From Candidatus Tayloriibacteriota bacterium (GTDB lineage: Bacteria > Patescibacteriota > Minisyncoccia > Phycocordibacterales > UBA6065), in contig JACRJQ010000007.1 of NCBI GenBank assembly GCA_016215405.1, positions 143 to 64,142 on the forward strand: a stretch of DNA of 64,000 nt, given 5' to 3'. Shown here piece after piece: positions 11,499 to 19,853 of the stretch. The position numbers and the translations under genes were made by a program. The first letter of the stretch is position 1. Each line of letters starts with the position of its first letter. The notes under the pieces are model-generated. The model was not told where the DNA came from. It did no database searches and saw nothing but the letters and a program-made list of their open reading frames with translations.

Positions 11499-12239
11499 CT
11501 ACTCGTAATTCACCGATATCGACACGTGCTTTCCCTTTCCGACGATGACATGGTCAAGGAGCGGTATCCCCATGATCTTTCCGGCAAGGACGAGCTGTCG
11601 CGTTATCTCGACGTCGGCTTCGGACGCCGCGACGACCCCTGAGGGGTGGTTGTGCACGAGGATGACGGCCGACGCGCCGTATTCGAGGGCGGGCTTCCAC
11701 ACCTCGCGCGGATGGACGATATTCGCGTCCAGGGTGCCCATGGAGAGCACCTCGTCATGGATTATCTGATGGTGATTGTTCATATAGAGTCCCCGCAGGC
11801 ATTCTTTCGAGAGCTCGTGCATGTCTCGGACGTAGTTCGACACGTCCTTCGCACTCCTCACCTTGGCGCTCCTGCCGCCCGAGCTCTTGTAGAACCTCCT
11901 CCCGAGCTCGCTCGACGCGACGATCTGGCACGCCTTTACGATCGGTATGTCGAGGGCCTCGGACATCCTCTTCGGGTTATCGGCAGATGCGAAGCTCTTC
12001 TCGCCGTACTCGCGGATGATCCTGCCGGACATAGAGAGCACGTCCTCCTTCGTCGTGCCGGCGTTGAGGAGAACGGCTACGAGCTCTGAGAGCGAGAGCG
12101 CCGCTGGCCCGTGCGCGAGAAGCCTCTCCCGCGGCTTGTCCGCCTCGGGCATATCGCGGAGCTTGTATACGTACTCCCGTTCGCCCTCGGGCGCAGTGAC
12201 CCTCTCGAAGCTTCGTCGCGGATAGGATGTCGTTTGCAT
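11499..12239 (-). CDS. radC: RadC-like JAB domain protein (UPF0758)
   Basis: It has the HNHPSG JAMM motif and an N-terminal HhH region. Confidence 0.85.
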   Translation of the reverse strand: MQTTSYPRRSFERVTAPEGEREYVYKLRDMPEADKPRERLLAHGPAALSLSELVAVLLNAGTTKEDVLSMSGRIIREYGEKSFASADNPKRMSEALDIPIVKACQIVASSELGRRFYKSSGGRSAKVRSAKDVSNYVRDMHELSKECLRGLYMNNHHQIIHDEVLSMGTLDANIVHPREVWKPALEYGASAVILVHNHPSGVVAASEADVEITRQLVLAGKIMGIPLLDHVIVGKGKHVSISVNYE

Positions 12240-12300
12240 ACGGAGATCCTAGCAGCCTACGATAAAGAAAATATAAAGGGAGTGGAAAAGCACGGCGCGG

Positions 12301-12546
12301 CTAGATCAGGATCTGCTTTTCCCTCAGATATCTCTCCACCCCGTCTTTGTCCGTATCCGCGAGCACATATCCGGCGATATCGAGCGTGGGCGTCTTATCC
12401 TGACCCGATCTCTCTACGAGCTCGGCTAAAAACTCCTTGTTATTGCTCACTTCGCGCTCCTCGTACTCGACAGCCTTCTCGTTCAAGAATTCTATGACCT
12501 GATTGCACCAAGGGCATCCTGTTTTCGTATAGACGATGATATTCAT
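12301..12546 (-). CDS. glutaredoxin-like protein (NrdH/GrxC type)
   Basis: It has the CPWC active site and a thioredoxin-fold length of 81 aa. Confidence 0.8.
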   Translation of the reverse strand: MNIIVYTKTGCPWCNQVIEFLNEKAVEYEEREVSNNKEFLAELVERSGQDKTPTLDIAGYVLADTDKDGVERYLREKQILI

Positions 12547-12610
12547 ATGCGAGCGCTCTATAGCCTGATAAGCAGTATCAATAAGACGATTTTAAGCCGT
12601 AGTTTGATAC

Positions 12611-12639
12611 TTGACTCAGATTGATATTAGATGTATAAT
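12611..12639 (+). promoter_or_regulatory. consensus sigma-70-type promoter
   Basis: TTGACT, 17 nt, TATAAT; an ~115-nt leader follows before the ATG at 12755. Confidence 0.55.
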
Positions 12640-12754
12640 TACAACAGAATATACGAACCTTGCAAAGGGTAGGTTGCGGAAGAAAGGGCGGAATAGCGCC
12701 TCCCTCAGGAAGGAGGCTTCGCCTCTTCCCTTTCTCCTCAACTTCAACCCAAAC

Positions 12755-13477
12755 ATGAAAACCACCGTCACTGTTATCCTGTTAGCCCTCGTCATCGCCG
12801 GCATCTGCCGCGCGGAGACTACGATCACGACCGGCGTCTTGAGCAAATACGTCACGAACGCCGCCGTGTATCACGACAAGCCTGTCTGGCAGACCACCAT
12901 CGAAGGGACGTTCAGCGAGCGCTTCTCGTGGTCGATCTTCAACTCGACCGACATGAAGGAGCCGGGCTCGAAGACGAGCTTCGGCAACGAGTTCGACTAC
13001 ACGATCTCCTTCGAGGAGTCGTTCGGCGAGCATAAGGCTTACACCCTTGGCATCGACGTGTCGTATTGGGACCTCACCGAACTCTTCAAGACGACACCCG
13101 CCGATGTCATCGTCGGGACGGCGCGGATCTCTCGGTCGCTCAACGACCGGTGGACTGCGACGCTCTCGGTCGATCGCCTCGTCTCGACGGACCGTAACGT
13201 CTTCGAGGGTGGCACCTACGTCACTCTCGGCTTCGAGACGTCGGTTCCCCTCGGTGAGCGCGCTTCGCTCTCGGTAAAGCCCTCCCTCATCCGCGACGAC
13301 GGCGCCTTCGGCCTCGGAGCGGTCTGGATCGGGCAAGCCGACCTCTCCCTCGATTGGAAGGCGGGCAAGGCGAGCGTGAGCTTCCCGAGCGCGAGCCTCG
13401 CGAAGGTCGTCTCGGGCGATAGCTTCGGCCGCAAGTCGGGGGTCGTCTGGGGCGGAAACGTCTCGTTCTCGTTCTAA
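12755..13477 (+). CDS. secreted hypothetical protein with a signal peptide
   Basis: It starts MKTTVTVILLALVIAGICRA. The upstream part of the track ORF is the leader. Confidence 0.6.
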   Translation: MKTTVTVILLALVIAGICRAETTITTGVLSKYVTNAAVYHDKPVWQTTIEGTFSERFSWSIFNSTDMKEPGSKTSFGNEFDYTISFEESFGEHKAYTLGIDVSYWDLTELFKTTPADVIVGTARISRSLNDRWTATLSVDRLVSTDRNVFEGGTYVTLGFETSVPLGERASLSVKPSLIRDDGAFGLGAVWIGQADLSLDWKAGKASVSFPSASLAKVVSGDSFGRKSGVVWGGNVSFSF

Positions 13478-13501
13478 ACCGATCCGGATCCGGATCTCGA
13501 A

Positions 13502-13534
13502 GGCGGCGCACATGCCATGCGCCGCCTTTTTTAT
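13502..13534 (+). terminator. intrinsic terminator
   Basis: ggcggcgca…tgcgccgcc is followed by a T7 run. Confidence 0.6.
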
Positions 13535-13566
13535 ATGGTAATCACAGCGCGGGGCAGCATGATAAC

Positions 13567-13595
13567 TTGACTTTTATACATTTTAGCTGTACAAT
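13567..13595 (+). promoter_or_regulatory. sigma-70-type promoter
   Basis: TTGACT, 17 nt, TACAAT; a leader follows with a long imperfect hairpin (gagggatataagc…gcttgtatccctc). Confidence 0.5.
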
Positions 13596-13687
13596 TATGT
13601 TAGAAATGGACCTTGAGACAAGGCTTGGCTGAGGGATATAAGCACGCAGACCGTTGTCTGCTTGTATCCCTCAACCAACCCCCCCCA

Positions 13688-14275
13688 ATGAATACATCCC
13701 TCCTCACGGATATCGCCTATTACGGCGGTCTCCTCTCGGCGTTGTTCCTCGTTCGATATGCGGCGCAGATCTGGTTCGGAAAGGCACCCCCTACCGGCCA
13801 GACGAGCTTCCTCATGTGGACGATCCTCGATGTCCTCCTGGTCGTCAATACCATTCGCGTGGGCAAGCCCATCTTGCTCCCGCTCGGATGGACGGTCGGC
13901 GCCTTCCTGGTCTTTCTCACTTTGCGCATCCGCGGAAAGTGGGAGTGGACCAAAGAAGACACCATCGCAGCCTCGGCGGCGGCGATAGCGGCCCTGGTGT
14001 CGCTCTCGTTCGGAGGCCGCATCGGCCTTATCGCGTCGATCGCAGCGATGACCTCGGCCGGGATACCCGTCCTCCTACAGAACCTCAAAAATCCTGTAAG
14101 GGCGACATTCCCGCTCTGGTTCGTAACCGTGCTCTCCTGCATCTTCACGCTCTTAGCTTCCGATAGAAGCTTCGACGGGACGGTGCTCGCATGGTCGAGC
14201 CTGACCTTCAACGGGACGATGTCTATCATCGTCATGCTGCCTCCCCGGCCGCAAGCGGCTCCCGCCGCGACGTGA
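13688..14275 (+). CDS. hypothetical multi-pass membrane protein
   Basis: It likely starts MNTSLLTDIAYYGG… and has several hydrophobic helices. A C8 tract lies immediately 5-prime of the ATG. Confidence 0.5.
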   Translation: MNTSLLTDIAYYGGLLSALFLVRYAAQIWFGKAPPTGQTSFLMWTILDVLLVVNTIRVGKPILLPLGWTVGAFLVFLTLRIRGKWEWTKEDTIAASAAAIAALVSLSFGGRIGLIASIAAMTSAGIPVLLQNLKNPVRATFPLWFVTVLSCIFTLLASDRSFDGTVLAWSSLTFNGTMSIIVMLPPRPQAAPAAT

Positions 14276-14335
14276 AGGCAAGGGACACGAAAAAATCTTT
14301 CCGAAAGGCCTCGTCGCGACGAGGCTTTTTTATCT

Positions 14336-15091
14336 CTATACTTTTGAGCACTCGAGGCACATAAAGAGAGGGATCTCTTTGCGCGCTCTGTCCTCGGCTT
14401 GCTTCTTAGGGCCCTTCTCGCTCTCTTTATGCGAGACCCACTCCTCTATGCGAGCGATAGAGAAGCCCGCGTTCGCGAGAGACTTCGAATACGCCTGCAA
14501 GGGCCTGTGGAAGGAGTAGGTCAGGTCCTTCTTTTCGGTCTTACCCGGATGCATGTCTATGGCCGAGCGCGACTCGCTCATATATCCGTCGACCCTCCTG
14601 TACTGGACGCCATCCTTCTCGTCCCAGCCCCAAGAGCTCTCTTCCGGGATGCGGAACGCGGGATGGTTCAAGACGAGGACGAAGCGGCCCTTATCCTTCA
14701 AGACCCGGGAGACCTCTCTGAACGCCTGCGCCATGCGGTCGATATTCTGGATAGCGAGGACGCAGATCGCGACGTCGAATCCCTTCTCTTTGAACGCGGG
14801 GAGGCTCTCCGCAGAAGAGACGTAGAACTCCTCGTTATGGCCCGCGTGGGTGCGGGCTATCTCGATGAGCTCGGAAGAGATATCGACACCTGTCACATGC
14901 GCGCCTTTGGCGGCGAGGGCGTGAGAGAAGTATCCCTGGCCGCAGGCGAGATCGAGCACCTTTTTTCCTTTTTCAAGCGCCACGATACGCAGAACGTTAG
15001 GAAGTATCACTTTCGCCTGATACGAATCGTCGTCGTTTACGACCTTGTCGTACCATCCAGCCACCCCTCCCCACGAAGTATTTCTGCTCAT
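14336..15091 (-). CDS. class I SAM-dependent methyltransferase
   Basis: It has the motif I sequence VLDLACGQGYFS. Confidence 0.85.
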   Translation of the reverse strand: MSRNTSWGGVAGWYDKVVNDDDSYQAKVILPNVLRIVALEKGKKVLDLACGQGYFSHALAAKGAHVTGVDISSELIEIARTHAGHNEEFYVSSAESLPAFKEKGFDVAICVLAIQNIDRMAQAFREVSRVLKDKGRFVLVLNHPAFRIPEESSWGWDEKDGVQYRRVDGYMSESRSAIDMHPGKTEKKDLTYSFHRPLQAYSKSLANAGFSIARIEEWVSHKESEKGPKKQAEDRARKEIPLFMCLECSKV

Positions 15092-15180
15092 TTTTTAATC
15101 ATATCAGATATTCCCCGCTCTCCTCAGCCTCCGCCGGATCCGCATTTTTTCTTCTCTTACCCTCCGTCCATTTCCTTTGG

Positions 15181-15340
15181 CGGGTGAGGTTCGGGAAGGG
15201 ACCCGAACCGCAAGACTCATTCAGGTCGAGACCTTGAGACCGAATGAGTGGACAGTCCCTGTAGGGGATAGCGGAGGCCGACGGGCCGAGTTGAAAGGAA
15301 TCCGCTCCGGGCGGATTACCTATGCTCGCTAAAGGAAAGG
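15181..15340. ncRNA. candidate structured RNA element or leader of unknown class
   Basis: There are several nested perfect stems (ggttcggg/cccgaacc, actcattc/gaatgagt, aatccgc/gcggatt) in a 305-nt intergenic gap. It does not match the SRP, tmRNA, RNase P or SAM-I signatures checked. Confidence 0.2.
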
Positions 15341-15343
15341 ACT

Positions 15344-15380
15344 AAAAGAAAAAGATTTGGATTCCGGGCCAAGCCCGGAA
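15344..15380 (-). terminator. intrinsic terminator of the pseudouridine synthase gene
   Basis: The hairpin tccgggcttggcccgga is followed by AUCUUUUUCUUUU on the minus strand. Confidence 0.65.
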
Positions 15381-15396
15381 AGATGGGAGAGGTTGT

Positions 15397-16092
15397 TTAC
15401 TTATCGAAATAATCCAAAGGCAGGTCGCGCCATTCTCCGGGCTTTATATCCCCGAGCTCGAGCGGCCCGATCCTCTCTCTTTTAAGGCTTTGGACCATAT
15501 AGCCTTGGCTCGCGAACATCCGCCTCACCTGCCTGTTGCGGCCCTCGTAAAGGATGAGCTCCGCCTCGCGCGGGCCGAGGATCCTAAAGTCCGCGGGAGC
15601 GCAGGGGTCCTTCTCTCCCTCGAGGAGGAGCGTCCCTCCCTTAAAGATGCCGACGAGGCCATCGGAAAGATCCTTGTCGACGAATACCCGATAGACCTTC
15701 GGCACCCTGCCCTTAGGCGATGCGAGCCTATGGAGGAGGTCGCCTCTGTCGGTAAGGAGGATAAGCCCTTCTGTGTCTTTATCGAGCCTGCCCACGGTCG
15801 AGACCTCTGGGTTCCTCCGGAGCCACTGCTCGGGCAGGAATTCGTAGATCGTCTGTCCCTCAGACGACGATCTCGTGCAGACGACCCCCAACGGCTTGTT
15901 GAACGCGATAAGTATCCCGTCCGGATGGTCGAGAGGCTCCCCATCGAAGAGCACGTCGGAGGCCTTGGCCCTAAGCGACGGGTCTGACGCCTCTTCCCCT
16001 TTGACGGTCACGAGGCCCGCCTTAAGGAGGTCGCGCGCCTCGCTTCTCGAGGAATATCCGAGGCTCGCGAGGAGCTGGTCGAGTCTATGCAT
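15397..16092 (-). CDS. S4-domain pseudouridine synthase (RsuA/RluB family)
   Basis: It has an N-terminal S4 domain and a PseudoU_synth_2-like core (…GRLDKDTEGLILLTDRGDL…). Confidence 0.85.
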   Translation of the reverse strand: MHRLDQLLASLGYSSRSEARDLLKAGLVTVKGEEASDPSLRAKASDVLFDGEPLDHPDGILIAFNKPLGVVCTRSSSEGQTIYEFLPEQWLRRNPEVSTVGRLDKDTEGLILLTDRGDLLHRLASPKGRVPKVYRVFVDKDLSDGLVGIFKGGTLLLEGEKDPCAPADFRILGPREAELILYEGRNRQVRRMFASQGYMVQSLKRERIGPLELGDIKPGEWRDLPLDYFDK

Positions 16093-16136
16093 AGGTATCG
16101 ATGGAAGCCCTCGGCCTTTCGGCCGAGGGCTCTCTC

Positions 16137-16529
16137 TTATCTTTTCTTAGCGGAAGGCTTCTTCGCTTTCCGGGCGGTCTTCTTTCCCGTCGCATCCATG
16201 GTGCCCTTTATGCCCTCCCAGTGGTCTTTCATCTCGGCGATGAACGCCTCGAGCTCCTCGGGATCTATGTTCTTGAGCTCGTTATATTTCTTCGCGACCG
16301 TCTCGACAGCCGTCCTGTACGCGGACTCGGTGACGTCGCCCGCCTTCTCGAGCTCTTCGAGGACCTCGCCTTTCATCTTGAGCATCCAGCCCTTTACCTT
16401 TGCGCGATTCTTCTTCGCGTCCTTGTGGCCGTAGAGGTAATAGGCGCCGATCGCCGCCGCCGTAAGCCCTGCGATGCCCGCGAGGATAGGCGCGGCCCCC
16501 GTCTTTTTGCTATCTGCCATGTGTTTCAT
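16137..16529 (-). CDS. hypothetical protein with a TM helix and a Lys-rich tail
   Basis: The ORF has host codon usage and an N-terminal TM segment. Confidence 0.45.
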   Translation of the reverse strand: MKHMADSKKTGAAPILAGIAGLTAAAIGAYYLYGHKDAKKNRAKVKGWMLKMKGEVLEELEKAGDVTESAYRTAVETVAKKYNELKNIDPEELEAFIAEMKDHWEGIKGTMDATGKKTARKAKKPSAKKR

Positions 16530-16533
16530 TGGT

Positions 16534-16836
16534 TTATTTTATAATCGCGTCCGCCGCTTTCCTGGCCGACTTCCCCTTCCTTACAAAGAAATTACGGGCG
16601 AGATCGGCGACGTGTTTCCATTTGACGCCTTCGTCCCTGAGGTTCGCGCGTAGCTTCTTGAGGTCGGATATTATCTCCGAGCTTTCAGCGTTCATCTTGT
16701 CGGTCACCTCTTTGACGTTCCTTAGGATCTTTATGACGTAGACCGAGGCGACGACGATCGCGATCGATATGAGGACGAGCGCGACCGTAGATATGAAGAA
16801 GAATATGTCGGCGTGGATGAGAGATTCGTTTGGCAT
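16534..16836 (-). CDS. hypothetical membrane-anchored protein
   Basis: It has an N-terminal TM helix and a coiled-coil-like remainder. Confidence 0.45.
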   Translation of the reverse strand: MPNESLIHADIFFFISTVALVLISIAIVVASVYVIKILRNVKEVTDKMNAESSEIISDLKKLRANLRDEGVKWKHVADLARNFFVRKGKSARKAADAIIK

Positions 16837-16847
16837 AGAGGCGATAG

Positions 16848-17582
16848 TTACTCCTGAGGAGGGTTAGCGAGGCATGCTGATAAGGCGGCAGACGGGGTCC
16901 AACCGCACTTCCCGCTCGACTGTCTCTCGCACTTCGCGCTCCTGTAGCAGGCGTATTCCGATCGGTATTCGCAGGTGGAGGCGACGTCCTGGTCCGAGCA
17001 TATCTGGCCGCTGCACCCGGTCGGCCTACAGCCGACCGCCGCGCCTGGGGCCTTAAACGAGACAGGTATCTCTACCATCGCGTCATTCTCCGGAAGCCCG
17101 CTCGGGTTATCCTTCTTGAACCGGATCACGCCGGAGGAGTTCGCCCCGGGATCGAACGCGACCGACGCGCTGAAAGGCACGAACTCCTCGGTCATCCATT
17201 CCCCTTGCGCCTGGGCCGGGGCCTCTCCTAGGACCTTGCCGTCCGCTCCTATGACCTGTACGGGAAAAGACGCTTCGAAATACCACGGCCCGCGCGCCCT
17301 TCCGGCGACGAAGACAGGCGACGCCACGAGGTCTCCCTCTTTCGGAGAGGTGATCTCGATCATCGCAGTCTCTACAGGGTCGACGGAGACGTCCTCTACG
17401 TAGAGGTTCCCGTCTTTGTCCCGACACTGCCTCGGATAGGATTCCATTACCGGATTGCCCGCTGCCACGCACGTGGCGAAATCGTCGACCTTGTCCTTAT
17501 AGACGAGGTCGAGCGCGAACGCCGCATACGCGAGCGCGAGGATGACGGCTATGCCTGCTATGACTTTCGATATATTCCTCAT
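16848..17582 (-). CDS. secreted protein with a C-terminal Cys-rich domain
   Basis: It has a signal anchor and a C-terminal …GCRPTGCSGQICSD…CEYRSEYACYRSAKCERQSSGKCGW… sequence with 9 Cys in about 50 aa. Confidence 0.55.
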   Translation of the reverse strand: MRNISKVIAGIAVILALAYAAFALDLVYKDKVDDFATCVAAGNPVMESYPRQCRDKDGNLYVEDVSVDPVETAMIEITSPKEGDLVASPVFVAGRARGPWYFEASFPVQVIGADGKVLGEAPAQAQGEWMTEEFVPFSASVAFDPGANSSGVIRFKKDNPSGLPENDAMVEIPVSFKAPGAAVGCRPTGCSGQICSDQDVASTCEYRSEYACYRSAKCERQSSGKCGWTPSAALSACLANPPQE

Positions 17583-17597
17583 ATGCCTATACTACGC

Positions 17598-18338
17598 TTA
17601 TCTGATGGTAAAAGCCGCCCTTACCGTCACCATAACCTCCTTTTCGACGTTTGACGTGTCGTATGTGCCGTAATCTGAGACGTCTGTGGAGTTCGCAGCC
17701 ATCACCTGGACAACGCCGAGGGATGCCGACTTAAGCGTCCCGACCGACTGGCCAGAAGGCTCGGCAAGCTTCTCGGCGCGAGCCTTGGCATCCTTGATAG
17801 CATCGGAAAGGAGGGAGACGCGGAGCTCAGGCAGCTTCGAGTATGAATATTCGAGGCTCTGCGTCTGGAATATGACGCCCTCCATAGGCAAGATCTGGGA
17901 CTCTTTCGCGAGAAGGGCCGCCTTGGCGACGTCCGAAGTAGACAATGAGATCGTCTGCCTGAGGTCGTACTCCTTTTCCCTGTTCTCTGAGCCCGGCCTG
18001 TAGTCGTATACCTCGTTCATCGATACAGGAGAGACGACGAGAGACTCTTCGGCGACCCCTCGCGTCTTATAGAACGAGAGTGTCTTCTCGAGGTCGGCCG
18101 CGAGGAGGGCGTACCCGGATCTGAGAGAAGACGCCTTTACCTGTCGCGATATAGAAGCGGTCCACTTCGCCTGATCAGATGTGACGCGGACCCTGGCCGA
18201 TCCCGTCACCGACAGAGCGTCGTCGAACGAGCGGACCTTATAGAGCGCGAACGCCCCGATGAGGGCAGAAAGGACGATCGAAGCGCCGATGACGATCCCC
18301 AAGGCTACGAGGGGGCTTTTCCGAATAGTGGTATCCAT
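17598..18338 (-). CDS. SIMPL domain protein (DUF541)
   Basis: It is 246 aa, has an N-terminal TM anchor and a SIMPL-like sequence. Confidence 0.7.
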   Translation of the reverse strand: MDTTIRKSPLVALGIVIGASIVLSALIGAFALYKVRSFDDALSVTGSARVRVTSDQAKWTASISRQVKASSLRSGYALLAADLEKTLSFYKTRGVAEESLVVSPVSMNEVYDYRPGSENREKEYDLRQTISLSTSDVAKAALLAKESQILPMEGVIFQTQSLEYSYSKLPELRVSLLSDAIKDAKARAEKLAEPSGQSVGTLKSASLGVVQVMAANSTDVSDYGTYDTSNVEKEVMVTVRAAFTIR

Positions 18339-18374
18339 ATATTGTATCGATTATAAATCAATAATATCACCTTC

Positions 18375-18860
18375 CTAGCCGCGGGCGAAAAAGAAGAAAC
18401 AGAAGGCGAACGCGACGGCGAGAACGACGTTCACAGCGACGCCTGCGACGGCGCCGAGAAGGGCTCCCCCTGCCGCTTTGAAGGCGGTCCTGCCCGTCTT
18501 CTTATAATAAATCTCCCCCGCGAGGACTCCTACAAAGAGCCCCGCGAAGCTCCCTAGCGCCGGCACCACGAGAGTGCCGAAGACGCCTCCCGCGATCCCC
18601 CAGAGAAGCGATCTTGCGTGCGCGCCGCCGAGCTTCGCCCCCAAGACCCCCGATATCTGGTCGATCGCCATCGAGACGAGCGCTATGCAAAGGAGTATCG
18701 CTATCTCCTTGCCGCTTAAGGCGGAGAATCCGTCGATGAGGCCGTACGTCAAGGCCACGGCGAACATGTAAGGCAGCGCCGGCAAGAGGGGCACGAACGC
18801 CATGGCGATCCCCGGCAGCAGGAGAACGAGCGCCGCGATGAATCCTGCGAGCTCGAGCAT
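18375..18860 (-). CDS. DUF456-like small membrane protein
   Basis: It has 4 TM segments and is Gly/Ala rich. Confidence 0.55.
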   Translation of the reverse strand: MLELAGFIAALVLLLPGIAMAFVPLLPALPYMFAVALTYGLIDGFSALSGKEIAILLCIALVSMAIDQISGVLGAKLGGAHARSLLWGIAGGVFGTLVVPALGSFAGLFVGVLAGEIYYKKTGRTAFKAAGGALLGAVAGVAVNVVLAVAFAFCFFFFARG

Positions 18861-19421
18861 CTAGAGGGATGGCGCGGACGCCTTATCCGCCTTAAGAGAG
18901 AGCGTAAGCGCGAGGGACATGAGGACGAACGCCGAAAGGGCCATCATAGGGATGGTGACGTAGCCGAAGGTGAGCACGAAATTCTTCGCGCACGAAGCCG
19001 AATAGCCGACGGCGAGGCAGTCGAGGCCCAAAGGGTTCACCCCGACCTGACCGAGGTAATGGAAGAGTGCCACGAGGGCGCCGAGGATCGAGAGAACGAG
19101 GCCATAGAGCCTTACGAACGGCTCTTTGCGCCAGAGCGCGATGCCGAATATGAGGACTTGCGGATACATGAAGATCCTCTGGAACCAGCAGAGCTTGCAC
19201 GGCTCGTAGCCGATGATGTCGGAATACGCGAGGCTTCCGAGAGTCGCCGCGAGCGAAGCGACGAAAGCGACGAGGAGAGAGTTCTTCGAGAAGAACCTCG
19301 CGAAACGACTCTCCCTCGCCCGAGGCGAGGCGAGGCAAAGGAGGATCCCCAGAGAGAGGAGATTCGCGACGACGACGAGCGCGCCGAGGGAGAGATTGAG
19401 GAAGGATGCGAAGGTCTGCAT
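18861..19421 (-). CDS. disulfide bond formation protein B (DsbB/BdbC family)
   Basis: It has 4 TM segments, a CKLCWFQR motif (CxxC) and a second Cys pair. Confidence 0.75.
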   Translation of the reverse strand: MQTFASFLNLSLGALVVVANLLSLGILLCLASPRARESRFARFFSKNSLLVAFVASLAATLGSLAYSDIIGYEPCKLCWFQRIFMYPQVLIFGIALWRKEPFVRLYGLVLSILGALVALFHYLGQVGVNPLGLDCLAVGYSASCAKNFVLTFGYVTIPMMALSAFVLMSLALTLSLKADKASAPSL

Positions 19422-19422
19422 T

Positions 19423-19797
19423 CTACTGTTTGGCTATCGGGCAATTCGTAAGCGACGAGAGCTCAGCGAGGGAGATCGTTCCCTGGCGCACCGTACCATC
19501 GGCGAAATGCCATGTCGGATAGGATTCGACCTTCTTTTCGGTGCACGCCGGGAGCTGGGCCTGGCCGTTCGGAGTCGAACACTCGACGTACGGCAGCTTC
19601 CTCGCGGATCTCCCGAAGAGAGCCTTCTGCTCCTGGCAATGAGGGCACCAGAACGCTCCATAGAATTTCGCTCCGCTCTTCTCTATGCACGCCGCGAAGT
19701 CGTCGTGCCTTCCCGGCTTCGACGAATACCAGACCATCGCCCCTATGATCGCGGCGGCGGCCGCGACGATGATTATCCAGGATGTGTATTGTTTCAT
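19423..19797 (-). CDS. thioredoxin-like oxidoreductase (DsbA-like), membrane-anchored
   Basis: It has a WCPHC active site and is co-operonic with the dsbB-like gene. Confidence 0.7.
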   Translation of the reverse strand: MKQYTSWIIIVAAAAAIIGAMVWYSSKPGRHDDFAACIEKSGAKFYGAFWCPHCQEQKALFGRSARKLPYVECSTPNGQAQLPACTEKKVESYPTWHFADGTVRQGTISLAELSSLTNCPIAKQ

Positions 19798-19853
19798 AAG
19801 AAAGAGTATATCAAAGTCCTCGATGTCCGAACGCCCGCGCAGAGCAAAGGAGG

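Noticed and set aside
15181-15340. Possible SRP RNA, RNase P RNA, tmRNA or SAM riboswitch
   Set aside because: The conserved signatures are absent: no GGAAGCAGC helix-8 motif, no GGAAAGUCCGGGC P4 sequence, no tRNA-like end.
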